DNA from: Candidatus Micrarchaeota archaeon
GTDB taxonomy: Archaea; Micrarchaeota; Micrarchaeia; Micrarchaeales; Micrarchaeaceae
Assembly: GCA_028866715.1 (NCBI GenBank)
Contig: JAGWHO010000006.1
Span: forward strand, 2,005-66,004
DNA length: 64,000 nt
Reading direction: 5' to 3'
Below, in pieces: positions 27,479-37,239 of the stretch. Under the pieces are notes generated by a model that saw nothing but the letters and a program-made list of their open reading frames with translations, had not been told where the DNA came from and ran no database searches. Position 1 is the first letter of the stretch; every line of letters begins with the position of its first letter. The position numbers and the translations under genes were made by a program.

Positions 27479-30400
27479 CTACATGAAGTTGGCGAGGTTA
27501 AACTGCTTCGTAGGAATCTGCCCTCCGCCGACGCCCCCAAAGACGTTCTGTATCTCATCCTTGACAAGAAGAAGCCTCTGCTTTATGTAAGGCTCAAGGT
27601 TGTACCTGTTTGCAAGCTCTATCGATGTTTCAAGATATTTCTCTATGCTGCCCTTCGATATCGTTAGAACAAGCTTGCCGCCATTGCATCTGGTGCACTT
27701 GCCCTGAAGCGGCGCCCTTCTGTACTTTGCGTTGCATGCAACGCATCTGAAATTCTGCTTCGAGAACGAGTTCATGTTGCCTATCAGGTCAGGTATGAAG
27801 TGGCTTATTATCAGCTTCCTTGCCGTGTCGGCTCTGTCCACGCTGCAGAGCCTGTCCATAAGGTTGAACTGGAATTCTATCTTCTCGCCCATAGACTTGA
27901 ATTTGGTGTAAGAGCTCCTGTTTGGGGCATCGGTTATGGCGGAAGGTCCGCTTAGATGCGTGAACATGAGGTCTTGCAGCTCTCGCTTGTCCTTGAACCT
28001 CGACTTCACGAGCTCCACAGATACGTCTCCTGGCGCCGGATACTCGAATGTCTTGTCGTAGAACTCAAGCCCGTAGCGCTGCGTCACTTCCATGTCGTGC
28101 ACCTCGTCGTCGACTTCGCCAGGATCGACATGCAGCGTCAGTATCAGCGGAGCATCCATTGTCCCTCCTATGGTAGTCGGGAGATAGCTTCTCGAGAAGT
28201 TTATCAGCGCATCGAGGAGAAGTATGGTCGTGTCCTCGTCACCGTCGCAGTTCCTTCTTCTGCATGCTATGACATACGGATGCGCGAACCCGACGTTGGC
28301 ATCTGTAAAACCTATAATCCTGCAAAGCACGCCTGCTGATGTGTGTGGCGACAGGGTTATCGCGAGATGTCCTATGAGCTGCTCTTTTTCAGTTATGTTG
28401 TAGAAAGGCTCCAAGCCGTAATACCTCTTCAGCAGCTGGTCGATGAACTTTGACACGTTTATGAAGTAATCTGCGCCCCTGTTGTTGAGAATAACATCTT
28501 GATGCCTGAGCTCAAGAAGCTGGTCGTCTCTTTCCAAGCCATTGCCATAGCAATCCCTGTCGTACCCCAACTCTTTCAGCTTCGCGACGCTTACGCCTAT
28601 CTCTCTAGGATAGAAGTGCGTCATCGGCATGTCTGTAGCGTCAAACCTTACAGTGCCGTCCTTGAATATGTAAACCCCATAACTGGCCCTGAGCAATCCC
28701 TTCTCGATAGGTTCTGCTGTCTTGTTCCTGTTCGAGAGCCCTATAACCCCCTTGAAGTTCTTTGGAAGCGTCTGGACCCCTACGTTCTTCATCGCTTCGT
28801 CCAGCATTGCGATGATGTCGATCCTTCTCGCCTCGCTTGCTGTTGCTCTTCCTCCGCAGTTTGCGCATGTCTCCGATTTGGACATCCTGCCGCATGTCCT
28901 GCAAATCCTTTCTAGAACTGCCTTTGACCTGTGCTTTCTGCAATACGGCAGATGTATGACCTCTTTCCCTGTCTCGCATCTGTACTTTATCATCTCAACT
29001 TCCACGCCTGTGTTGCTGAACTTTCTTTTCTCAGAAGAGTATGCCTTGGCTATGCTCCTCTCCTTGCCCCCGCTTTCGCTTATCGGGAAGAGCACATGCG
29101 GAGCAGGCTTCATAAGCCTCTCTCTTGCCTTCTCGGGCCTGCCTATCCTTCCGCCTATCCTTGTCGACCTCTTCAGTATCCTGAACGGCGCAACGGCGTT
29201 GAGCATCTCCAACTGTGACTTTCCGCTCTTGTACGCATCAAGCACGCCCTTGTCGAGCTTCACCGTTCCTTTATCCGAAAAGCCCAATGACGATACGAGG
29301 CTCTGCGCATCGTCCTTCTCAATCGCAATGTTATCGCTGCCTTCAACATGCGGTATGCACGCCCTTTCCAGCATGTCTGTTATCTGGTCTTTGTTCTCGC
29401 CGCTGATCCTGATGCTGCCTATGCCGAAAAGATCGCTTTTTTCGTCAAACTTCGCGTTCAACACTGCAGACGCGAGCATGGGAAGCTCTTCGGCGCTTAA
29501 GTCAGAATAATCGTATATGTACCTCGGGTGCATGGGCACGCCGTATTTTTCGGATAGATCATAAGCCTCTTTGAAAGACGATATTCGCAGATCATTTCTC
29601 TTGTGCCCCTTTGCTTTCAGCTGCTCGATCCAGTACTCCTCGACGTAACTTGTAGGCAGGAGCGGAGTGTTGCTCTTCTTGAAATCCCCGTATGTTATAA
29701 GTATGTCTCCTACAGCGATTATCTTTTTTATCCTGTTTCTGAGCTCTCTTGCGGTCTCGGCATCGTTTATCCTCAGCGCCTCTCCGGTATCGAGCTTGAC
29801 GAACGGCCCCTCTATGCTGTCAACAGGCCCGGCCACGCTGCCCTTGCCCGGCTTCTCAACCTTGACCTGCGTTCCTGTCGCAATAAACTCGTCAAGCACC
29901 AGCATCGTAGCAGGGCTGAAGCCCTTTGCCGCTATGCCGGTAACCCTAGATCTTCCGTATCGCAATCTGAAACTGCCGCTGTGCTCAGGATATGAGAGCA
30001 CCGGTCTTCCAGCAACCAGCTCCTGAAGAAATACAGAATCCTTCTTTTCACCTTTCTTTTCCGATGCCGAACCCTTATCGACCTTTATTATGCCGTTGAG
30101 CCAGCTCCAGTCAAGCCCGATGTTTTTCGTGTGCTTGAGCACGCTCTTTGCCTTTTGCGCCACACCCTCGCACGTTACCAGGCATATGCCGCTCCTTATC
30201 CTGTTTGTTATGGCCTGCTCCTTCCCTGTCTTGTCCAGCCTCTTCATGTTCCTGTGGACGCTTACCTCTACCTCTTCCGTAGGCAGGCCGTCTATGCACA
30301 CTGGGCAGTTCTCAAGCACCACCCTGATATCTGCCTCGCTCGGGTAATATTGCAGGTGAGCGCACCTCAAGTCGTATAGGTGGATCTCTTCAAGATAACG

Positions 30401-30931
30401 TTCAATCTCGCTCTGCTGCGCCTTGTAGGATCCGATGTTCAACAATCGTCTAGAATAATCCGCCAGCGCAACAGATAGCGCAGCTGCGGTTCCTCCGGCG
30501 CCTCTTATCGGGCCCGCATAAAGCACTGCTATGTAATCCGAGCCCTCTGAGCTCTTGTGCAGCTCCACGCCCTGGAATCCTTCCGTAGGCGCGACCACCG
30601 TTCCTTCGGTGAGAATGGCGAGACCGACCCTTGTCGCCAGCGTCAGCCTCTTCTCTATGTCGCCGTTATAATCGAACTTGGGATTGTTGCAGATCTCTTT
30701 TGCCATCTCGAATGCAAGCTCATATCTTGATTGTATGTCGCTCTTTGCCCTTATGGTGTCTGCAAGGCCGTCTACTCCTATTATCCCCTCTACTCTTGAC
30801 GCTATGTCAGGTGCAGGCTTTATCTCGACGAAAGTTTCAGGATCGTAGCCCTTCGCCCTCGCCTCTGCCGCCACTGCGAACGACTTCTGGAACGAATTCT
30901 CGAGAATCTCATAATAATTGTTCGAGTCCAT
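27479..30931 (-). CDS. dp2: DNA polymerase D large (catalytic) subunit DP2
   Basis: 1150-aa ORF that is DP2-like throughout, including Cys clusters (CETGKE...CRKH, CRTCG...CANCG, CVACNAKYRR...CTRCNG). No intein-sized insertion. Confidence 0.94.
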   Translation of the reverse strand: MDSNNYYEILENSFQKSFAVAAEARAKGYDPETFVEIKPAPDIASRVEGIIGVDGLADTIRAKSDIQSRYELAFEMAKEICNNPKFDYNGDIEKRLTLATRVGLAILTEGTVVAPTEGFQGVELHKSSEGSDYIAVLYAGPIRGAGGTAAALSVALADYSRRLLNIGSYKAQQSEIERYLEEIHLYDLRCAHLQYYPSEADIRVVLENCPVCIDGLPTEEVEVSVHRNMKRLDKTGKEQAITNRIRSGICLVTCEGVAQKAKSVLKHTKNIGLDWSWLNGIIKVDKGSASEKKGEKKDSVFLQELVAGRPVLSYPEHSGSFRLRYGRSRVTGIAAKGFSPATMLVLDEFIATGTQVKVEKPGKGSVAGPVDSIEGPFVKLDTGEALRINDAETARELRNRIKKIIAVGDILITYGDFKKSNTPLLPTSYVEEYWIEQLKAKGHKRNDLRISSFKEAYDLSEKYGVPMHPRYIYDYSDLSAEELPMLASAVLNAKFDEKSDLFGIGSIRISGENKDQITDMLERACIPHVEGSDNIAIEKDDAQSLVSSLGFSDKGTVKLDKGVLDAYKSGKSQLEMLNAVAPFRILKRSTRIGGRIGRPEKARERLMKPAPHVLFPISESGGKERSIAKAYSSEKRKFSNTGVEVEMIKYRCETGKEVIHLPYCRKHRSKAVLERICRTCGRMSKSETCANCGGRATASEARRIDIIAMLDEAMKNVGVQTLPKNFKGVIGLSNRNKTAEPIEKGLLRASYGVYIFKDGTVRFDATDMPMTHFYPREIGVSVAKLKELGYDRDCYGNGLERDDQLLELRHQDVILNNRGADYFINVSKFIDQLLKRYYGLEPFYNITEKEQLIGHLAITLSPHTSAGVLCRIIGFTDANVGFAHPYVIACRRRNCDGDEDTTILLLDALINFSRSYLPTTIGGTMDAPLILTLHVDPGEVDDEVHDMEVTQRYGLEFYDKTFEYPAPGDVSVELVKSRFKDKRELQDLMFTHLSGPSAITDAPNRSSYTKFKSMGEKIEFQFNLMDRLCSVDRADTARKLIISHFIPDLIGNMNSFSKQNFRCVACNAKYRRAPLQGKCTRCNGGKLVLTISKGSIEKYLETSIELANRYNLEPYIKQRLLLVKDEIQNVFGGVGGGQIPTKQFNLANFM

Positions 30932-30935
30932 CCAA

Positions 30936-32435
30936 TCACTTGTTGAAGTTCACGTGCGTGAACTCGTTCTTCTTTGTCTCGTAAACAGGAAGCAGCGCCG
31001 GCGTCGGCATATGGCCCTGCATAAGCTGATAATCTGTCTGGCCCTGCCAAGTCCCGCTGTTCAGTATGTCTACGCCATGGTAGTTCGACAGCCCGTTCTT
31101 GTGCACGTGGCCCATGTTGAGTATGTCTGGCACCCTCTCTATCACAAGGTTGTCGTTCTTGCTTGGCACCATCATGTACCCGCCGTATATCGGCGACAGG
31201 TGCCTGCGCTTCAGTATCTCTGTCATCGCCTTCTCAGGCTGCGCGTAGCTCATTCCGGGTATCGAGGCTATGACGGAATCGAGCGACGTGCCGTGATATG
31301 CGAGTATGTCAGTCCCGTGAAGCGTAAGGAAGCTCGGGTTAGGGAGGACGTGCACGTTATCTGCCTTGAAATCCCCGAGAATATCGGGCCCGAGCTGCGG
31401 CTGCGGCTCTGCCCTCTGCACCGCATCATGGTTGCCCGGCATGAGGAATACGTGTATGTAATCCGGTATCGCCGATATGAAATTGAAGAATACTCTGTAC
31501 TGCGTGTAGACATCAAGTATCTCGAGGTTCCTGTCCTGGTTCGGGTAGACGCCTATGCCATCGACAAGGTCACCTGCCATTACCACGTATTTCACCTTCC
31601 CGGCAAGGTCCTTCCTTCCGTCTACCCCGCCATTGAGCCACTTTATGAGATTGGAGAAGCTCTTGTCCATGAAGTCCTTGCTTCCGACGTGCACGTCGGA
31701 GACGAACGCAATTGCGATATCTTCATCCTGCCTGCCGCGCTGCTTTATCGGGACGTCAGGCCATACTATCTCTTTCGCGATCACGAACGGCCCCGAGATC
31801 TTTCCCTTTATCGCCACGGCCTCGTCATTCACTATCGATCTCGCGCTCTCGAATAATGCCTTTGAACTCGGGCTGTTCATGAATATGACCTTAGCCTCTC
31901 CTGTCTCGTCCTCGAGGACTGCCATTATGTTGCCGTTCTTCGTGGTTATCTTGTTTGATATGAGCCCCATTATCGTTACATCTCTGCCGCTTGTGTAAGC
32001 TTTCAGGCTCTCGATGTTCGGCATGAGGCCGGTCATGCTTCCCCTATGCTGCTCTATCATCTCTCTCATTCTGGCGAGCCTGCTCCTGAAGTGCTGGACG
32101 AAATCGTCTACTGTGCCTTCAGCGCGCTCAAGGGGTTTGTTCGAGATGCTGTAGCGCGCATCCACATCAGCGGCTATCGGCTTGTAATCCGAGCTGGGGA
32201 TCACCTCGACCGTCATCGGGGCCTTCTCCAACTCAAGCTCTTTCGCGAGATTGCGCAGCTCCTCGTTGCCCACTATGACAATGCCGGTCTCGTCCCTGTG
32301 CCTCTCGATAAGCTTCGAGGCTATCAGCTCTATCTCAAGATTGTTTATAGAAGAAGAGTCCACATCGCCGGCTAGGATTATGTTCGTCTTGCCCAGCCTG
32401 CTGGCAAGTTCCCTTACGGCATTCCCCACAGCCAT
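30936..32435 (-). CDS. dp1: DNA polymerase D small (exonuclease) subunit DP1
   Basis: OB domain plus calcineurin-like phosphoesterase motifs (SDVHVGS, GDLVDG, GNHD, GHVH). It lies 4 nt upstream of dp2. Confidence 0.92.
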   Translation of the reverse strand: MAVGNAVRELASRLGKTNIILAGDVDSSSINNLEIELIASKLIERHRDETGIVIVGNEELRNLAKELELEKAPMTVEVIPSSDYKPIAADVDARYSISNKPLERAEGTVDDFVQHFRSRLARMREMIEQHRGSMTGLMPNIESLKAYTSGRDVTIMGLISNKITTKNGNIMAVLEDETGEAKVIFMNSPSSKALFESARSIVNDEAVAIKGKISGPFVIAKEIVWPDVPIKQRGRQDEDIAIAFVSDVHVGSKDFMDKSFSNLIKWLNGGVDGRKDLAGKVKYVVMAGDLVDGIGVYPNQDRNLEILDVYTQYRVFFNFISAIPDYIHVFLMPGNHDAVQRAEPQPQLGPDILGDFKADNVHVLPNPSFLTLHGTDILAYHGTSLDSVIASIPGMSYAQPEKAMTEILKRRHLSPIYGGYMMVPSKNDNLVIERVPDILNMGHVHKNGLSNYHGVDILNSGTWQGQTDYQLMQGHMPTPALLPVYETKKNEFTHVNFNK

Positions 32436-32440
32436 GTTAA

Positions 32441-32716
32441 CTATGATGTCTTTATTGATTCCAGCATGCTGAGGATGTTCCAGATTGCGGTTCGCGCCTG
32501 CGGCGGCAGGTTGATGTCGTTGCTTATCGCGTCTATGCTGTATATCGCTGACGAGACTCTAACGATATAGTCCGCCTCGGCAGAGTCGTTGAGCTTGGTC
32601 CTTGCCTCCGTTATCGCGCTCCTCACGTTCTTCGGGACGCTGGTATCCGTTACCAGCATGTCCATCCTCTGCGTTATCTGAGTTATAAGTTCTGATACTG
32701 CCTTTTCGTCTAGCAT
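32441..32716 (-). CDS. UPF0147-family small helical protein
   Basis: VPKNVRSAITEARTKLNDS...AIYSIDAISNDINLPPQARTAIWNILSMLE matches my memory of the archaeal UPF0147 signature. It is the first gene of the dp1-dp2 operon. Confidence 0.7.
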   Translation of the reverse strand: MLDEKAVSELITQITQRMDMLVTDTSVPKNVRSAITEARTKLNDSAEADYIVRVSSAIYSIDAISNDINLPPQARTAIWNILSMLESIKTS

Positions 32717-32801
32717 ACGATTACCTCACAATTAGATGATACTCTATGCCTTGCAAGCTATTTATAGATAAGGGTCAAATACTAGTACCAGAGGAATCTC
32801 C

Positions 32802-33188
32802 ATGACGCATGCAAAGAGAATAATTATTGCAGTGATGTCTGGCATAGCTGCAGCATTCGTCATAGGATTTGTCAGCGATGTTTTTGGCGTTTTGATAGGT
32901 AGCGCAACTGCCGCCAAGATAGCCGGAGCAAACAGGAAAATCGGTGTGCTTGTCGGCATTTTGATTGTGATAATAATGCTTCCATTATGGCTGTCACTCA
33001 ATCTTGCGGTTAACCTTGTCCTAGGGATTGGCGGAAAAGTTTCAATTGGATGGTATATTGTAATCCTATTTATCATCGGTGCAATCGGCGGATTTATTGG
33101 ATCACGCCAAGCAAAAGGGGAGGACAGACTCAGGAATCTGCTCTCTGGCCGCGGCCCAGAGCCTGCACCTAAAGATGGAAGCCGTTGA
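32802..33188 (+). CDS. hypothetical small membrane protein (3-4 TM)
   Basis: Gly/Ile-rich TM helices. By eye it is AT-richer than its neighbours. The 3' end overlaps the convergent exonuclease gene by 20 nt. Confidence 0.5.
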   Translation: MTHAKRIIIAVMSGIAAAFVIGFVSDVFGVLIGSATAAKIAGANRKIGVLVGILIVIIMLPLWLSLNLAVNLVLGIGGKVSIGWYIVILFIIGAIGGFIGSRQAKGEDRLRNLLSGRGPEPAPKDGSR

Positions 33189-33783
33189 CCCTGAACCTCT
33201 TGAAGTCATTGAGCACGCTCTTGCCGTAGACGAGCCTCGACATCGCCTCGAACTCCATCCTTGCGCCGGTGAGCGCGTTATGCGGCTTCGGCTCAGTCGG
33301 CATGCCTAACAATCTGTACATCGCGCTTGCGCTCAGCCAGTTCCTGCCGTGTTTCGTGGGTATGCGCTTGCCTCTCTCAAGCAAAAGCGCGTAGCATATG
33401 GAATGCAGATCGACTGTCCTGTGCGTGAGGTCCCACTTGACGCCCTCCCTCCGTGCTGCCTCCGTAAGAAAATCTCTGTCGAATGAGGTATTTTGGCCTG
33501 CAATAGTGTGGATCTTATATGCTTTCAGTATCCTTGCGATCTCCGTCATCATCTTTTTCTGGTTCATCCTGTTCTCTGAGTAGAGTTCACTCCTTTTGGT
33601 GCCATTTATCTTGAGGCCCTCTGGATCTATGAAGGCATCCTTGAACGGCTTACACTCGAAATACTGCTCTATAATATTTCTATCTTTGTAAAGTACTATG
33701 CCCACACTTACAATTGAGCATCTTCTGCTGTCAAGTCCTGTCGCCTCAACATCGACAACTGCTACCCCGTCAAACATTTTCAT
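33169..33783 (-). CDS. DEDD-family 3'-5' exonuclease (DnaQ/RNase T-like)
   Basis: Exo I VDVEATG, Exo II GQNTSFDRDFL and Exo III HNALTGARMEFE. The usual Asp of the H-x4-D motif is not obvious. Confidence 0.68.
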   Translation of the reverse strand: MKMFDGVAVVDVEATGLDSRRCSIVSVGIVLYKDRNIIEQYFECKPFKDAFIDPEGLKINGTKRSELYSENRMNQKKMMTEIARILKAYKIHTIAGQNTSFDRDFLTEAARREGVKWDLTHRTVDLHSICYALLLERGKRIPTKHGRNWLSASAMYRLLGMPTEPKPHNALTGARMEFEAMSRLVYGKSVLNDFKRFRVNGFHL

Positions 33784-33795
33784 ATCATCACACGC

Positions 33796-34725
33796 CTAAA
33801 CTACGAGATGCAAGACATGCCTTGCTATAACACCGATGATTATCGTCACCGCAGCTATGCCAAGCGAGATTGAAAGTGTGCGAGCAACCCTCCTCGCTAT
33901 GCTCGTGTCACTTACTACAGATATCAGCGACGAGACAATCGTCAGGACAATCGCTGTGATTATTATAGAGCCTATTATGCCGTAGTATCCGCCGAACCCT
34001 AGCGCAAATGGCAGCAGCGGGAACGCAGCACCTATTATGTAAAACAGCCCCACATACACCGCAGAGAGCTTTGCCGAGCTTCTGCCCCTGCCCTCTTCGA
34101 CCTTTATGCTCTTCTCGTATTCTGTAGAAAGGTACGCGCCGCCTGCCATCGACAGCGTTCCTGATACCGCCACTATGAACCCTGCAAGCAGCACAAGCGT
34201 AGGCTGCTGCAGCGCGGCTCCGAATCCTGCGACAGCCGCAAGCACTTCGACAAGCCCGTCGTTCATCCCGAATATCACATCTCGTATGTTCCTGAGCACG
34301 GGGCTGTACTCTATTATCTGCTGCTGCAGGGGGTCTTCCACGCTGTCCATGCCATGCTCGAGCTTTAGTATAACCTCGCGCTGCTTCCTGTTCACCGGCA
34401 TGGAAAGAGCTTTGTTGAGTCTGGCCTTGAGTTCAGTCTCGCCGTACTCTATTATCTTCACTGTGAGCGCCAGGCCTAGAAAGCTCCTGACAAAAGATAT
34501 GAATGCGGTCATGAAGCTTATCTTGAACATATCTGGCTTCAGTAAAGAGGTATCAAGAAGCCTGCCCCATATCGTGACGTGATCGCCTTCTATCTTGGCT
34601 AGCCTGAGAAGCAGCGACCTGAGCGTCTGGTTCTTTTCGCGCCCGGCAAGGCGCGCATATACCTCTTTATGGAGCATCTCGCCTCTGTAAAGCTGCTCAA
34701 TGTATCTTTCTTTGCCGTTTGCCAT
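33796..34725 (-). CDS. VIT1/CCC1-family iron/manganese transporter with N-terminal ferritin-like domain
   Basis: An erythrin-like helix pair (LHKEVYARLAG..., LAKIEGDH) is followed by FGMNDGLVEVLAAVAG and 5 TM helices. Confidence 0.83.
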   Translation of the reverse strand: MANGKERYIEQLYRGEMLHKEVYARLAGREKNQTLRSLLLRLAKIEGDHVTIWGRLLDTSLLKPDMFKISFMTAFISFVRSFLGLALTVKIIEYGETELKARLNKALSMPVNRKQREVILKLEHGMDSVEDPLQQQIIEYSPVLRNIRDVIFGMNDGLVEVLAAVAGFGAALQQPTLVLLAGFIVAVSGTLSMAGGAYLSTEYEKSIKVEEGRGRSSAKLSAVYVGLFYIIGAAFPLLPFALGFGGYYGIIGSIIITAIVLTIVSSLISVVSDTSIARRVARTLSISLGIAAVTIIIGVIARHVLHLVV

Positions 34726-34795
34726 CAGCTCACTCTCCTACTATGGCTCCGCATATTTAAGAGCCTTTATACAGATAGATTACAAGATGGATTAG

Positions 34796-35470
34796 ATGGG
34801 CGTTAACCTGATTGTGGTGCTCGGAAAGGTCATACTGCCAGACGGCACGCTAAGCGAGGAGTCGAAAAGGAACGTCGAGAAGGCGGCCGAATTATTCAAG
34901 GCAGGAGCAGCAGACAGGATTGCGATGTCTGGGAGATGGCCCTTTTCAGTAAAGGCCGAGCCGCCAAGGACCGAGGCCGAGGCGATGAAGGAATATGCTA
35001 TCTCGCTCGGCGTACCCAAGGGCGCTATCCTCGTGGAAGACAGATCGCTGGACACGACAGGCAATGCGTACTACCTCGGCAAGATGATTGTCGATGACAC
35101 ATCGATAAAGAAGCTGATAGTTGTTACCGTAGATTACCACATGCCGAGGGCAGAATATATTTTCAAGGCAGCGTTCAGCGAGAGGTTCAAGCTTAAGTTC
35201 GCCAAGTCTGACTCTGGCATAACCGGAGAGTTGCTAAAACAAAAACAGAAGAGCGAGGCGAAGACTACGGACCTGATGCGCAAGCTTTACACCAAAGCAG
35301 ACTGCAATGGTTTCGAAGGATTTTGCAGGACAGTTGAGCGGACGCATCCATTGTATGCGACAGATTACAGCACCGTCCCGCAGATCGTCTGGGACGCTTT
35401 CAGCTCTGCCGGGTTCTCAAAAGAGTACTTGATCGGGAAATACGGCAAAGGCAGGTCCAAAGTGTTCTAG
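34796..35470 (+). CDS. DUF218 (YdcF/ElyC-like) domain protein
   Basis: GKVILPDG..., IAMSGRWP, EAEAMKEYAISLGVPKGAILVEDRSLDTTGNAYY and VVTVDYHMPRA. Confidence 0.78.
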   Translation: MGVNLIVVLGKVILPDGTLSEESKRNVEKAAELFKAGAADRIAMSGRWPFSVKAEPPRTEAEAMKEYAISLGVPKGAILVEDRSLDTTGNAYYLGKMIVDDTSIKKLIVVTVDYHMPRAEYIFKAAFSERFKLKFAKSDSGITGELLKQKQKSEAKTTDLMRKLYTKADCNGFEGFCRTVERTHPLYATDYSTVPQIVWDAFSSAGFSKEYLIGKYGKGRSKVF

Positions 35471-36405
35471 CAAATTGCAGCTCTTGCCAACTGAGGCGCA
35501 TCTGCAATGAACCTTGGGAATTCAGGCCAGCTCTTGTTGACCGCTTCCGGATGCACGACCTCTATCGGTTTGCCCATGAACCTGTACAGCATCACAACCG
35601 CCTGCACAACCCTATGGTCTAACGAATCTACTACACCTATTCTGCTCGCAGTCTCCAGCGCCCTTTCCATCTCCTCAATCCTGTTCGTCTCATGACCAGT
35701 CAGACTCTTGTATAAGAGCAGACCCTCTTCCTTCGTGATGAGCCCGAATGCCCTTGCGAAGCAGTAATCCTCAGCCTGCCCAATCTTAAACTCCATCACG
35801 CCTGTCTTTAATGCCTTAAGGAACGCGACAGCCTGCTTGAGCAGCGTTTCGTCGTACCTTATCCCCCAGCCAGTTTCGGATGTCTTGCGCTCCTCATAAT
35901 GGCCTATTGCATCATAGGTTACCTTTAGCTTGAACGGAGGATTTTCAATCCTCTTCTTGTCGCCCATGAGCGCCGCGGCGCTCGCATACTGCGATGTATT
36001 AAGCTCAAGCAGCTTTTCTTGAGACCAGTGCACTATGCCTTTATCTTTTGCCATAGGCCTGTCCTTGAGCGTCCCATCCAATATGAAGTTCTTCTCAATC
36101 TCGAGCTTCCAGGCAGCAAATTGCAGAAACCTGTAAAGCGTCGCGGATTCTCCAACATATATGTCAGGCGAGCCTGCGAGCCAGCACACAGAAGCCTCGT
36201 AAAGCGCCATCAGGTCATCGCCAAGCAGTTTCTTCTGTGCAAGTGGCGCCAACAGCTCTACAGTGCGGGTGCTGCCTTGCATCAGGTCCATGAACCCCAT
36301 CCTCATCATCCAGGACTTGTCAAGGCTGATATGCCCTTCGTGCACCAGCCTGTGCTCGAGCCTGTCCTGCTCATGCTGCCTATCCCCATTCAGCGCAGTT
36401 TCCAT
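35467..36405 (-). CDS. shortened EPSP-synthase-fold (enolpyruvyl-transferase family) protein
   Basis: The order of AroA signature blocks is preserved: LDKSWMMR (cf. GSKSxSNR), VGESATLYRFL (cf. GNAGTAMRPL), LKDRPM (cf. MKERPI), NTSQYASA (cf. SSQFLTA), AEDYCFA (cf. PDAAMT), HETNR (cf. KETDR), DHRVVQAV (cf. DHRMAM) and NKSWPEF (cf. AKTFPDY). It is only 312 aa, against about 430 for AroA. Confidence 0.6.
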   Translation of the reverse strand: METALNGDRQHEQDRLEHRLVHEGHISLDKSWMMRMGFMDLMQGSTRTVELLAPLAQKKLLGDDLMALYEASVCWLAGSPDIYVGESATLYRFLQFAAWKLEIEKNFILDGTLKDRPMAKDKGIVHWSQEKLLELNTSQYASAAALMGDKKRIENPPFKLKVTYDAIGHYEERKTSETGWGIRYDETLLKQAVAFLKALKTGVMEFKIGQAEDYCFARAFGLITKEEGLLLYKSLTGHETNRIEEMERALETASRIGVVDSLDHRVVQAVVMLYRFMGKPIEVVHPEAVNKSWPEFPRFIADAPQLARAAIC

Positions 36406-36502
36406 ACTGTAATAATTAGCCTGGAAAAGGGATTTAGCCTTTGTATGCGGCTATGCCGCATCTATAAAATAAGCGCTTTGTCGGATTCAAGTCCAGCAGC
36501 GA

Positions 36503-37033
36503 TCATTTTATCTGCTTCTCCCAGAATATCTCGTCTTCGCGATAGGCATGCCTTTTTGCAATGCCTATCTTTCTGAACCCCATCTTGGTAAAGAACTTAA
36601 ATGCAAGCCTGTTGTTTGGGTTCGAATCGCACCAGATTTTGTGGCATCCACGTCTCTTTGCATCTTTGATTACAAAACCTATCAGGGCCCTACCTATCCC
36701 AGCTTTCCTCAAATTTTTATCTACAAGTATCCAGTCTAGCCAATCTACATGCCCGTGGCCAGGATAATGAGTGCAAAATCCGACGATTTTTCCTTCTTTC
36801 GTTGCAGCAATTATTATACAGTTTTTGTGTCTAAAAGTATCCTTCAGGTCCCTGACCCCAAGTTCATAGACATTCCTTGCCATGTGCTCTTTGTTATAGA
36901 ACTTCATTGCCTTAACTATCGGAGCCCCAAATCCGCTTATTGCGGGCAGATCCCTTTTTGTTGCGAACCTTACCTCAAATTCCCTCATTTTATCGACCGA
37001 GGCCTCAAACTTCCATATATGGCGCTGCGCCAT
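36503..37033 (-). CDS. GNAT-family N-acetyltransferase
   Basis: Motif A LVDKNLRKAGIGRALI. I trimmed the track ORF (to 37087) to ATG 37033 because the extension overlaps tRNA-Asp. Confidence 0.8.
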   Translation of the reverse strand: MAQRHIWKFEASVDKMREFEVRFATKRDLPAISGFGAPIVKAMKFYNKEHMARNVYELGVRDLKDTFRHKNCIIIAATKEGKIVGFCTHYPGHGHVDWLDWILVDKNLRKAGIGRALIGFVIKDAKRRGCHKIWCDSNPNNRLAFKFFTKMGFRKIGIAKRHAYREDEIFWEKQIK

Positions 37034-37043
37034 AAGAATAAAA

Positions 37044-37137
37044 CGCCTTGGCCGGGATTCGAACCCGGGTCTCCGCCGAACTGCCACAATATAATTGTGT
37101 TGACAGGGCAGAATTCTAACCGCTATACTACCAAGGC
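37044..37137 (-). tRNA. tRNA-Asp (GTC) with 22-nt intron at canonical 37/38 position
   Basis: Acceptor GCCTTGG/CCAAGGC, anticodon stem CTGCC/GGCGG and mature loop CTGTCAC. The intron is at 37079-37100. It forms a textbook BHB, with a 4-bp helix CTGT/GCAG flanked by 3-nt bulges and an inner 6-bp helix CACAAT/ATTGTG. T arm CCGGG-TTCGAAT-CCCGG. Confidence 0.85.
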
Positions 37138-37239
37138 ACAGATAGAGATTAGATATGCAGGAATAATATATTAATCGTTTTGCTGGCTTGCAACTCTATA
37201 CCTTTTTATACCTCCCTTTTTATCTAATATCGTGTTCCG

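Noticed and set aside
30918-31856. 312-aa plus-strand ORF. Similar long ORFs occur at 28722..29510, 16587..17294, 52278..52997, 53665..54333, 41452..42081 and 54126..54737.
   Set aside because: Each lies entirely antisense to a confidently identified gene (dp1, dp2, P0/P1, GT4, the coiled-coil protein, the AAA ATPase, the beta-CASP RNase). Their translations are low-complexity or Arg/Leu/His-rich with no motifs. They are shadow ORFs.
36503-37087. Longest-ORF N-terminal extensions of the GNAT gene, the deaminase gene (38878..39369) and the DUF488 gene (62037..62603).
   Set aside because: The extensions overlap tRNA-Asp, tRNA-Tyr and tRNA-Ala on the same strand. In-frame ATGs just downstream of the tRNAs give normal-length proteins.
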